From contig MU626260.1 in assembly GCA_025603075.1 (NCBI GenBank), forward strand, positions 248,001 through 312,000: a DNA stretch of 64,000 bases. Reading direction: 5' to 3'. The notes under the pieces were generated by a model that saw nothing but the letters and a program-made list of their open reading frames with translations, searched no databases and was not told the DNA's origin. A program made the translations under genes and the position numbers. Numbering within the stretch: the first letter of the stretch is position 1; every line of letters begins with the position of its first letter. Positions 15,409 to 26,410 of this stretch are shown one piece after another. The DNA is from Neoconidiobolus thromboides FSU 785 (taxonomy: Eukaryota; Fungi; Entomophthoromycota).

Positions 15409-16773
15409 TCATGAATGTGTAAACTTTGAACTAAACGCTATTAATACAATTAAGATAGCAATTCCAACCCCATGCATAAATGCAAACATTGTAAATGTCC
15501 AACCATAATCTAATTTATCCAAAATGATCGAATTAAGAGTAACAATAATACCCGATGCTATCATACGTACAGAATTTGAAGCTGATGTAATTGAAGCAGC
15601 AAACCTTGGGTATAAGTCAATTAGATAGGTTGAGGTACATCCAAAAGCATATGTCATACCAAATCCGATTAAAAATTGAGCGAATAGAACTAAACCCAAA
15701 TGAAATTGATATTGAATAAACCACCCATTTAACCCCAGTCCAATTAATATAGATATTGCGCCAATAAAAGAGGAATACAGTCTTATTTCAGGGTGAGCTT
15801 TATTGTCTTTTGACCTCTTAATAGCTCGTTTTAATAATAAATCCGACACCCTTCCTCCACATATGGAACCTGTAATATTACCCACGCCTAAAGAAAGAAA
15901 AGTCAATCCAGTGGTTGACGCGGTTAAGTGATAATTATTAAACATTGCACGATTTTGAGAAGTAGAAACTGCATAGTAAGAGGCAAATATAATAGCAGTA
16001 TAAAAAGAACCCAATGCAACGTTAATATATCTAAGATAATACAAAGATTTGAAGGGATTAAATAACATGCCATTAAATTTGAATGAAAATGGAAAAAAGC
16101 TTATTTTAACTGGAAATGGTTCCATTCTACTTTCAGCCATTGTTTCTTTCAAAAATACAATCATAATAATTAATATAGCTCCTGATAATCCTATCATTAA
16201 CCAAAAGATCGATCTCCACCCCAAATATTGTGCTAAGAAACCTCCGATAATAGGTCCGATAATAGGTCCGATCAATGGACCAACAAAAAATAAACCAAAT
16301 GCCGTTCCTCTTTGGTCTCGTGGATAAATGTCACTTATAGTACCGATCCCAAGCACTATGGTTGCTGAGGAACCAATACCTTGGAATACCCTCATGAGAA
16401 GAAATACAGCAATATTTGGCGACAAACCACAGCCAACGCATGATAATGCAAATATTACTTGAGCAGTGATATATACCCATCTACGGCCATATAAATCAGC
16501 ACATGTGCCCCAAACTAATGGAGCAATAGCTAATACGAATACAAAAATAGATACAGTAAGATCAATTAATGTATCAGTTGTTTGGAAATCTTCTTTAATT
16601 TGTATTAAGGCAGGAAAGAACATGGTAGCAGACATAGGTGCCATTAAACCTGCAAAGGCTACAATTGCTAAATAAAATCTACGTTGATTGACGCTATATA
16701 ATTCATAATTTTCTATTTCTTTATTTTGATCCGTTTCTAGTTTCATTCCAAAATCTTCTTCTCTTGCTGCCAT
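15409..16773 (-). CDS. MFS multidrug/H+ antiporter, DHA1 family (Qdr/Dtr1-like), intronless
   Basis: About 12 hydrophobic segments; MFS motif A (G..ADLYGRRWV) and antiporter motif (GPLIGPIIGPIIGG). Confidence 0.9.
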   Translation of the reverse strand: MAAREEDFGMKLETDQNKEIENYELYSVNQRRFYLAIVAFAGLMAPMSATMFFPALIQIKEDFQTTDTLIDLTVSIFVFVLAIAPLVWGTCADLYGRRWVYITAQVIFALSCVGCGLSPNIAVFLLMRVFQGIGSSATIVLGIGTISDIYPRDQRGTAFGLFFVGPLIGPIIGPIIGGFLAQYLGWRSIFWLMIGLSGAILIIMIVFLKETMAESRMEPFPVKISFFPFSFKFNGMLFNPFKSLYYLRYINVALGSFYTAIIFASYYAVSTSQNRAMFNNYHLTASTTGLTFLSLGVGNITGSICGGRVSDLLLKRAIKRSKDNKAHPEIRLYSSFIGAISILIGLGLNGWFIQYQFHLGLVLFAQFLIGFGMTYAFGCTSTYLIDLYPRFAASITSASNSVRMIASGIIVTLNSIILDKLDYGWTFTMFAFMHGVGIAILIVLIAFSSKFTHS

Positions 16774-18045
16774 CTCTTGTTTTTGATTTACTTTTAGTTT
16801 GATTTCATGTTCATTTAATTCTTATATATTAGTATCACACTAACTTTATTCAAGCCCTCATTATGTTCAAAATTATTTGATACATATCGTTACTTTATTA
16901 TCTTAGTAATATAACCTCGGACAATGCTTAAATTATTTTATATCACTTTCACATTTATATAAACTATTTCAAAATTAGCCGAAAAAGTATAGTTTATAGT
17001 TGGCTATTCTTGATAGTTATTGGTTTACCTAGCATTTTGTCAATAGTTTTGACAATAAGTTATAACTTGTTACTGACTTTTAATATGTCGCTGAATGGAT
17101 AAACTGGCAAAAAAATAGGTATTTTTTAATATCGCTGAATGGATAAATTATTTAAAAAATAATCTTTAAAATAAAAAATTCTATTTTCTAAAGAAGTAAA
17201 TTTAATCACATTTTTATACTGAGATATGGTGTTAAGTATTCTATAATATTTTGATGTCAAAACATAGACATATTTTTATATTGATGTTCCTTAAAATACG
17301 ATATTCACTTTAAAATTATTCTGATTTAAATATTTTTAAATCTACATGGGGATGTCCAAATTGGCTTCAGGATTTAGTTAAAAATTAATCCAAACTAAGT
17401 TTTTGTAAGTCCTTAACATATCATTAACTAAATTTAAGAAAACTTAAGTCTTATTTTGATTGTCTCATTTTTTTTAATAAATATGAAAGTTTTTAATGTA
17501 AATAAAAATTAATATGGCTATTTAAAAATAACTAATAATAAAATATTATTATCACACTTTACTATTAAAAATAAAAATAAAAATAAAAAGTAATAAAAAA
17601 GTTATATAAATTATATAAATATCATATTAACATTTAAAAAAACATAATAAAATTATTAAAAAACCAAATAACAGAAGTTGTATAATAATTTTAAGCTTTG
17701 AATAATATAAACATAAGAACACAAAATCTAATAGATCTAGAATATTGTAATAAATAAGCTATATTGGTATTAAAGTTTGGTATTCTATATTTAATAATAA
17801 AATAAGTATAATTTTCAAAAAATGTTAGAAAACAAAAATACTAAAGAAACATAGAATATTAAAAAATATTTATGCTTTATTGAACATAATAACAAATTTA
17901 AAAAACTCAATATAATTTTAATTGAAACTATGAAGTTAAGAAATTAACTATATTTTATCTTATAACTAAAATTTAGAAGCTTTAATATCTATTAAATATT
18001 AGAAATTAACTATTGAATACTAATATTTTTAAGTTACCAATAATT

Positions 18046-18311
18046 CTGAAATCTGGTACTCAGTGATTAGAGTCAAAAGCAGTATTTGCTTGATTGACTG
18101 GTTGTAAGTCGAAAGGTCTTAGTTTATGTGACTAAGATAGACTTCAATTATTAAGAATAGCACGTAATAGACTGTAAACTATGTAAAACAAATGGAATAG
18201 GCAATATTACTGTAAAATCTACGTAAAATACTATCAAGAAAATTTATTGACTTTATTAAATGTACGAGATATCAAAAAATAATTCAATTAAAAAGCCTCG
18301 AGTTACTATAT
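18046..18311 (+). repeat. Second dispersed repeat R2 (~260 bp), copy 1
   Basis: Aligns by eye with 62360-62700: AAAGGTCTTAGTTTATGT.ACTAAGATAGACTT, AAGAATAGCAC.TAATAG, TACTGTAAAATCTACGTAAAAT, TAATTCAATTAAAAA.GCC. Confidence 0.85.
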
Positions 18312-18409
18312 GGGGATGTATTTTTGTGTTTAAGAATTTTGCTAACAAATTTTCCATTTAAATAGCGCTTAAAAAATGGAAAAAATAATAAGTCAAAAAA
18401 GATACCCCT
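18312..18409 (+). mobile_element. MITE copy (orientation A)
   Basis: ATAT|GGGGATG...ATACCCCT|ATAT. Confidence 0.9.
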
Positions 18410-18669
18410 ATATTTTATTTTCGATAATAAATAAAATGTTATAATTAAACATATTTAAGCAATCTTTGGTATTAATGAAGTTGATTTAAAATACTCCATA
18501 ATTGTCTTTATTTATATACAAAATAATTATCAATATAGGGTGTATTTATATCGAATACATTATAAACTGTTTAAATTCAAAAACCATTCAAAAAATAAAA
18601 TGCTTCAGAAGTGGCATTTTAGGTATAATATATTCTAAAAAAATACTTGGATTATAACTAGCTTTAAGA

Positions 18670-18741
18670 GGCTTAGTGGTCTAGTGGTATGATTCTCGCT
18701 TTGGGTGCGAGAGGTCCAGGGTTCAATTCCCTGCTGAGCCC
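18670..18741 (+). tRNA. tRNA-Pro(TGG)
   Basis: Acceptor GGCTTAG/CTGAGCC, anticodon arm CTCGC-TTTGGGT-GCGAG, T loop GGTTCAATTCC. Confidence 0.95.
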
Positions 18742-19149
18742 TCGAATTTCTTTTAACTTTTGTAATGTTTTTATATCAAACATTTGTGGTAAATAAAGGA
18801 GTTTTATCTAACTTGTTTGTGATAATCTGAAATCAAGCTAGTATCTGTGTAAATGTAACAAAAGGTAAGCGGCTAGTAGATTTAATAGCCGGGGGGAGCT
18901 TATCGAAATCTCCCTAATATATAACTGTGAAGAACAGCTGAGCTAAGCTCTACAATCCTAAAGACTTGACAGGATGTAGCTAAAAACTAAAGTTAACATA
19001 GAATATCTTTATTAGAACAAAAACTACTCCTTATAGTAATTAACTAAAATTACTGTGTTTAAATACTTTAAAACTTTGATACTTAAGGATAAGAGATAAA
19101 GTAAAAGGACTCTTAAACAAAACTTTTAACAGTTTTACTTTGGGTTATA

Positions 19150-19340
19150 TGAATCATTTCCTTCTTGAAATAGCCCTTGTAATCCGCTTCAATCCTGATT
19201 TAGTAAAGGATTGAATTGTTAAGAACTGGTTGAGAAGTTATATCCAGTTCAAGAGATTCAATTGACAAATTATCTTATAATTTATTTTACCAGGAATATC
19301 AGGGTGATAATCCCTGACATTTCTGCAATTTTTGCTTTTT
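19150..19340 (+). ncRNA. Candidate structured RNA ending in an Sm-site-like motif (class unassigned)
   Basis: Three stems (19188-19215, 19223-19250, 19291-19325), then CAATTTTTG and a T run. No diagnostic snRNA motif matches fully. Confidence 0.3.
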
Positions 19341-19396
19341 AGAATGAGATAAAACTCACTATTTAGTTCCTCTTTTTATTAAATTATTTCAGGAAA

Positions 19397-20939
19397 ATGA
19401 AAGAGAAAGGAGTAAAATTCATGTTTATAAACCAATATGTACGCGAAGTGAACACATTAATTAAAAAGAAAGATTGGATTACATTAAGTAAAGATTATGT
19501 ACCAGTGATTTATACAGAGCTGCTTCTTGATATGAATGATGTAAGTGATTTATATATATTATTTATTTTATTGAAATTATAAATTAGTACGAGTCAAATG
19601 GAGTCAAATTAACCTATGAAGAATATGTAAAACCAAAGATAACCCGACCTTTTGGTTCCTTTTTTTTAAAACTCACTCAAGCAAGACACGCTTTGGGCAA
19701 AGGTGAACTGCTAGAGATTTTTGAAGCTTTATTTGAAAGTGTATGGTAAACTTTTATTTTTTATTTTTTAGTTATCGAGGATAATCATTTGGTTTTTTTT
19801 AGTGAGTTATTAAGATTAACCAATCTAACAAGAGAACATTTATGTTTGTTTGATCCCTTATTAAAAGAAATCAAACAACTGGCTTACAAAGTAAATTTTT
19901 TATTATATCAAAGTATCATTAAAGGACATGATTTTAGCTTGATGATGATAATCAAAGTGATGATAAATTAGAAAGATATTCTCAATTAGTGACGAGATGT
20001 GTAGGCTTTTGTAGTAATGATAGACAGGAGGTAACAAGCAGTAGAAAATGGGGAACGTATAAGTTTGTGAATTTATTGTTAAGTTTTTATATTAAAAGAA
20101 AACAATTTAATTTAATTAAATCAGTGATGAGGTTGATTGCTACAGCAGATATTGATGTCAATTTACTTCCAAAAAGTCAGGTGTTAGCTTATTTTTATTA
20201 TTTAGGTGTTAATGATTTTTTTGAATCCAAATATAATGAAGTAAGTGTTTATCTATTTTAAGTGGAATATAAACTAATAAAAATCAAGGCTTTAAATTAT
20301 TTTAAAAAAGCATTTGAGTTATGCCCAGGTTATGCTACTGAATGTCAAGAGTAAGTTACATTTGTTTATTTATAATGACAATAATCATAACGATAATTTA
20401 GATCCATTTTAAAATATTTGATACCATTACAACTTAACTTATTAAACTTGCCAAAGATTCAATTATTACAAAAATATCCTAATTTAGTAAAACATTATCA
20501 CTCTTTAGTATTGGCAGTTCAACGAGGAGATATTCAATTATATGAAAAAAGTCTTAAAAAAAATATAGATTATTATAAAAGTACCGACTGTTTATTATTA
20601 ATTGAAAAGATGAGAATAATAATAATCTATTCGCTAATTAAAAAAATATATAGCATCCATGATAATAATTCAAGGATACCGTTAAACACCATTTATAAAG
20701 CTCACCATATTTTATTAAAAAAGGAGGAAAATGGAAATAATGATACAAGTAATATTTTACTTGAGTTGGAAATTTCAAGTCTAATAAGAAATGTAAGTTT
20801 ATTTAAATATTTATAACAAAGTTTATCAAAGTTCGTTTAGGAGTTTATTCGAGGTTATGTTGCCCATGATCAACAGATACTTGTACTTTCTAAAGTGGAA
20901 CCATTCCCTATAATAAATTCTATATCTAGTGACTTTTAA
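19397..20939 (+). CDS. PCI-domain protein, PCID2/CSN12/Thp1-like (multi-exon)
   Basis: SRKWGTYKFVNLLLSFYIK, VLAYFYYLG, ILKYLIPLQL, and C-terminal FIRGYVAHDQQILVLSKVEPFP, typical of PCID2/Csn12. Confidence 0.8.
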
Positions 20940-21858
20940 TATTATTAAACAAAAATCATATCAAGTATTGAATATCATTAATAATATTATTATATTTTAT
21001 TGTTGGTATTATATTATTGTTTATTTTATTATTACTGTTTGTTTTTACTAATATTTAATATCAAATATTGGAGAGATGACGTAGAATTGATATCCAATCA
21101 AATTTAAGCTTTAAAGTTGGTTTTTAAAGAATTAAGCTGACGAACATTTGGGGTGCAATTGAAAAGACTCAAAAGCAATTAAAAACCAATAATTAAGTAA
21201 ATGGAACAAAATGATTGAATGAAATAAAAGAAAGAAAATGGGGTAGGTCTTTCTGATAACGTTAGCAAAGAAAAAGTACATGAAATCAAAATAAGTACTT
21301 TTTTGTATACAATTATAAAGGAATAAGGACAACTTATCTAAAAGAAAAGATATTAAACGAAGATCCATCCATCTCAAAATTATAAATTATATTACTTAAA
21401 ACCTTTAAAATTATATTAAGAGTTTTATTTTATTGAAAGTTATAGTTTTTCAAAATTTATCATCTACATCGTTTTTTTTATCAATTGAAAATTTGATTCA
21501 AACATTTATTATAAAAATATCATTTGAAGTTAATTCATTTAAACTATTTTTATTTACAAAGCCATATCAAAAGAAATTTTATATTTATATATTATTTAAT
21601 CGAATTTAAATAGTAAGTCAAATTTTTTGAATTTAAATAAATTGGATACTAATTAGTTATAAATTAGGTATACGATTTAACCATTAATTTTAAAAAGAAT
21701 TGATATATTTGTTAAGTTCTTTTTAACAAAAATTTATTGCTAATTAACTTTGATTTACTATCTGTACTCGTTAATCTTTATTTTTTTAATCTTTTATTTT
21801 CTTTCCCTCACTCTCTTTACTTAATCTTGCTTTTATTTTCTTTGTAAAATATTTCAAT

Positions 21859-23676
21859 ATGTCTTTTAATCCAAATAGTATAAACTCAGTAGAAAGTTTA
21901 ACGTAAGTTTAAATAATTTAAATGTTTTATCCGTATTTAACAATAATATCATAGTCAAAACTTTGATTCTTGGAAATTAACTGCAAAAAAACCACCAAAA
22001 GATACTAGACCTCAAACTGAGGTAAGTATTATTTTATTTTTAGTGGCAAACAGTATTAATTCTAATTACTTTAGGATGTTACTAATACAAAAGGAACTGA
22101 GTTTGATGACTTTTTATTAAAAAGAGAATTGTTAATGGGGATTTATGAGTTTGGTTATGAAAGACCTTCCCCAATTCAAGAAGAATCAATACCCATTGCC
22201 TTAACTGGTCGTGATATATTGGCACGTGCTAAAAATGGTACGGGTAAAACAGCAGCATTTTTAATACCCACTTTAGAAAAAATCAATGTCAAAAAACCAA
22301 AAATACAAGCTCTTTTATTAGTACCTACACGTGAATTAGCTTTACAAACAGCTCAGGTATGTAAAGTCATTGGTAATAAATTGGGAGTTGAAGTTATGGT
22401 AGCTACTGGTGGTACCAATTTAAAAGAAGACATTGTTCGTTTAACTCAAACAGTTCATATTATTTGTGGTACACCAGGTCGTATCCTTGATTTAGCTGGT
22501 AAAGGAGTAGCTGATTTAAGTGAATGTACAACGTTTGTTATGGATGAAGCTGATAAATTACTATCAGCTGAATTTACTCAAGTAGTTGAACAATTGTTAG
22601 ACTATGTCTCAAAAGAAAGACAAATTATGTTATATAGTGCCACTTTCCCATTAATGGTCAAGGAATTCTCAGATAAATGGATGAAGAGACCGTATGAAAT
22701 TAATTTAATGGATGATTTAACTTTAAAAGGTATTACTCAATATTATGCTTTTGTACCTGAATCTCAAAAAGTTCATTGTCTTAATACTTTATTTTCTAAA
22801 TTACAAATCAACCAATCTATTATATTTTGTAATAGTACAACTCGTGTAGAACTGTTGGCACGTAAAATTACTGAGATTGGATACTCTTGCTATTTCACTC
22901 ATGCTAAAATGGACCAAAATTCACGTAATCGAGTTTTCCATGATTTTAGAGAAGGATTATGTCGTAATTTAGTCTGTTCTGATTTATTAACTCGTGGTAT
23001 TGATATCCAAGCCGTGAATGTAGTTATCAACTTTGATTTTCCAAAGACTGCTGAAACATATCTTCATCGTATTGGACGTTCTGGTAGATTTGGACATTTT
23101 GGGCTAGCTATTAATTTAATAACTGAAGAAGATAGTCGACAATTATACAAAATTGAGCAAGAATTAGGTACTGAAATTAAGCCAATACCTGGAGAAATTG
23201 ATCGCTCTTTATATGTGGCTCCAAGTGCTTTGAATCAAGATCGTACTCAACAACCAGATATTGTAGCTGCTAAAGAAGTACAAAAAAAGCAAATGGAAGG
23301 TTTGACTAGTTATAATAATAATAATGGTAGACATTATAATAATTATAATAACAGAAATCATTATAACAACAATAATCAACATCATCAACATCATCATCAA
23401 CATCATCAAGGACAACAAGGTGGCCAACAAGGTCAATATCGCAATAATCATCGTAACAACTATAATCCAAATAATCATCAACAACAACATCAAGGTGGCA
23501 GAGGAGGTTATAACAACAATTATCAAAGATACAATCCAAATAATAATAATAATAATAATAGTGAACAAAATCCAATGCAAGGAAATGGTGGGGTAAATTC
23601 ACCAGGAGCGAATAATCATTATAATTATGCTAATAACAATAGTAATAATAATAATGGTCATCGCAATCAAAATTAA
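21859..23676 (+). CDS. DHH1: DEAD-box helicase Dhh1/DDX6 (3 exons) with N/Q/H-rich tail
   Basis: DTRPQTE|[42 protein letters not shown]. Confidence 0.97.
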
Positions 23677-24077
23677 ACGTTATGTAAGTCATTTTTTATT
23701 TTTGTGAGGAGTAATAACAGATTTTGATTTTTAATGACTTTTGTATATGTGAAAAAGTAATTATAATTATTTGAAATGTTATTGAATAAAAGATGATTTT
23801 AAAAAAATGAAGTTTGTTTTATTTTATTTTTATTTTAATATATTTTTAATACATAGATGTTTATTTATACAATGGTTTTGTGATGACGGAGGATACATAA
23901 TATTTTAGTTTATAAATTAAATTAAACAGATATAATGAGAGATGTTATCAATTTTGAAATTCAAGCTCATTTTTAAATTTTTTAAAATAGCTGTAAATTG
24001 ATTGGTTGTTTTGCTTTTCAAATAATACTTGTGACAAGAAATAAAGAAATTATTTATTTCAACATTAAGCAAGCAAA

Positions 24078-25140
24078 ATGAGTAATTAATAATAGTTGTT
24101 ATACTGATAAGCAATTAACTTTTCATCTATTGAAAGTGTATAATAATATCAAAGTCATTTCATTGGATTTATTTAATACTTTATTAAAGCCAAAAGGTAA
24201 TATCGGTAGTATTTATGTAAGTAATGATTTATTCAATCTATATTCCATTTTACTATCTATCAATTATAATAATAGACCCATAGAACTAACAGAATTAACA
24301 ATGATTTACTTTTCAGTGTCAAATATTGGAAAAAAGCGATATAACTTTACCATTGGAATTAAAACATAATTTATCTTTTCGAATCAATAACAGCTTTAAA
24401 ATCCATTATAAAAAACATTCTTCATTATATCCAAACTATAAACTCTCTTCCTCTGTCCCATCTACAGAAAAACAATGGTGGTTAAAATTAGTTGGAGATT
24501 GCTACTTCGATTTATTTAGAAATAATTTGAACAGAAGACAGATTGATCAATTGGCAGAATTTACTTATAACGAATTTGATGCTAGATATTATGTACTATA
24601 TTGGGATACAATTTTGTTTCTAAGAATGATGAAATTAAAGTTTGGTAATAACATTAAATTAGTAATTTGTTCTAATATGGATAATAGAATAAGTAAGTTG
24701 AGAATTTTATTATTTTCTACTATGTTATTATTAATTGTATTGAAACTGATATTAACTTATTGTTTAGTTAATGTATTAAAAGAAAAAAAAATAATGGAGT
24801 ATTTTGATAATGTTTATTTATCTATTAATTATGAATTAAAACCTAACCCAATGATGTTGGAGCTAATATTAGAAGAATATAATATAGATAAAAATCAATT
24901 ATTACATATTGGCGATGATTATGAATGGTAAGGGAGGAAAATGTTATTATATTATTTAGATTAATTATATATTAATTACGTATTACTAATTTATATATAT
25001 TTTTTTATAGTGATTATTTGATGTCTTCAAAATTAGGGATATTCAGTTTATTAATTGATCGTAATAACCAATCAGAGGCTGATGGAGAGAAAATCTATAA
25101 CTTATTACAAGTAATTAATAAAATTCAAATAAAAACGTAA
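24078..25140 (+). CDS. HAD-superfamily hydrolase, HDHD3-like (multi-exon)
   Basis: Motif I SLDLFNTLL, motif II ICSNMDNRI, motif III KPNP, motif IV LHIGDDYE|.DY. Start exon tentative. Confidence 0.8.
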
Positions 25141-25215
25141 TTCTTTATTGTCTTATTCTCTCTTCTTTATTATTATTGTCATTTACATTTTATATAAGAT
25201 CTAATATCAATAAAA

Positions 25216-26331
25216 ATGCCATTATATGGGTTTGGTAGTAATAGTGGAAGTCAATTAGGACTTGGTTTTGAAAGTGATAAAGAAAAAAGTGTTGAAATTC
25301 ATATTGAAGATTTAAATTATCCTATTAAAAATATTTATGGAGGTGGAAATCATTGTGTTATTCAAGATATTCAGAACAATTATTTTATTTCAGGTTGTAA
25401 TAAATTTGGTCAATTAAATTACAAAGAGATGGGAAATATCAAGAATTATTTTCGATTCGAAAAAAATAAATATTGGAATGAAGAGGGAGAGAAAAAGGAA
25501 TGCAGGATTGAATCAATCAGTTTAGGGTTTAATCATACTATAATAGTTAAAAAAAACGGTGAAGAGGATAGTAATGAATCCACAGTATTTCTATTTGGTG
25601 ATAATACTTATCATCAATTAGGTCACAAAGATAAAAAAATACATTATCATCAAATCAATTTTTCTCAAAAAATTAAATCGGTTTATAGTGGAATTAAGCA
25701 TAGTATAATCTTAACAGAAGAAGGTAAAATATATGGCATGGGAGATAATAAATATGGTCAATTATTAAAGAATCCAAAAGAAAACAGATTTTTGATAGAA
25801 ATAACTGAAATAACTGAAGTAAAAGATATTATCGATATTAGTTTAGGTTTAGATCATACCGTGCTTTTAACAAAAGAAAATGAAATATTTATAGTAGGTA
25901 GAAATAATAAAGAACAATTAGCTAATAAGGAGATGAAATCAAGTTATAAACCTATTAAATTAGATTTAAATATTAAAGTTAAGGAAATTCACTCAGGTTG
26001 GTTTCATAATATAATAATGGATGATGAAAATAATATTTATAGTTTTGGTTCTAATCAATTAGGAGAATTGGCGATTGGAAAGAAAGATAATAATAATAAT
26101 AATAATAACATATTAAATAAAATTGAATTAAATAATATTAATAAAGTAAGTTTAGGCTCCAATTATAATTTGTATTTATTAAATAATAATGAATTATATA
26201 CAAACGGATGGAATGAACATTTTAATTGTATTGATGAAAATATCAGTATAATTTATGAACCAATACTAATTTATAATAATGTTATTAAATTTGGTAATGG
26301 GTATGCATTTACTATTATTTATATAAAATAA
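25216..26331 (+). CDS. RCC1-repeat protein, Ats1/Kti13 (SERGEF)-like, intronless
   Basis: Repeats such as GDNTYHQLG, GDNKYGQL, GSNQLGELA and ISLGLDHTVLL. The N-terminus LYGFGSNSGSQLGLG resembles Ats1. Confidence 0.75.
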   Translation: MPLYGFGSNSGSQLGLGFESDKEKSVEIHIEDLNYPIKNIYGGGNHCVIQDIQNNYFISGCNKFGQLNYKEMGNIKNYFRFEKNKYWNEEGEKKECRIESISLGFNHTIIVKKNGEEDSNESTVFLFGDNTYHQLGHKDKKIHYHQINFSQKIKSVYSGIKHSIILTEEGKIYGMGDNKYGQLLKNPKENRFLIEITEITEVKDIIDISLGLDHTVLLTKENEIFIVGRNNKEQLANKEMKSSYKPIKLDLNIKVKEIHSGWFHNIIMDDENNIYSFGSNQLGELAIGKKDNNNNNNNILNKIELNNINKVSLGSNYNLYLLNNNELYTNGWNEHFNCIDENISIIYEPILIYNNVIKFGNGYAFTIIYIK

Positions 26332-26410
26332 AAAATATTAGCTATTAATTAATATTATATTTTAATATTTAATAAGCTAAGAATGTCAATTTTATTCATT
26401 TTATCAAAAT

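Noticed and set aside
18830-18850. ATCAAGCTAGTATCTGT resembling the U2 snRNA branch-recognition region
   Set aside because: The GTGTAGTA core is broken, and the flanking U2 stem I and stem IIa sequences are absent.
23209-23602. I/M/Y/D-rich ORFs overlapping DHH1
   Set aside because: Alternate frames of the AAT/CAT/CAA-rich Dhh1 tail.
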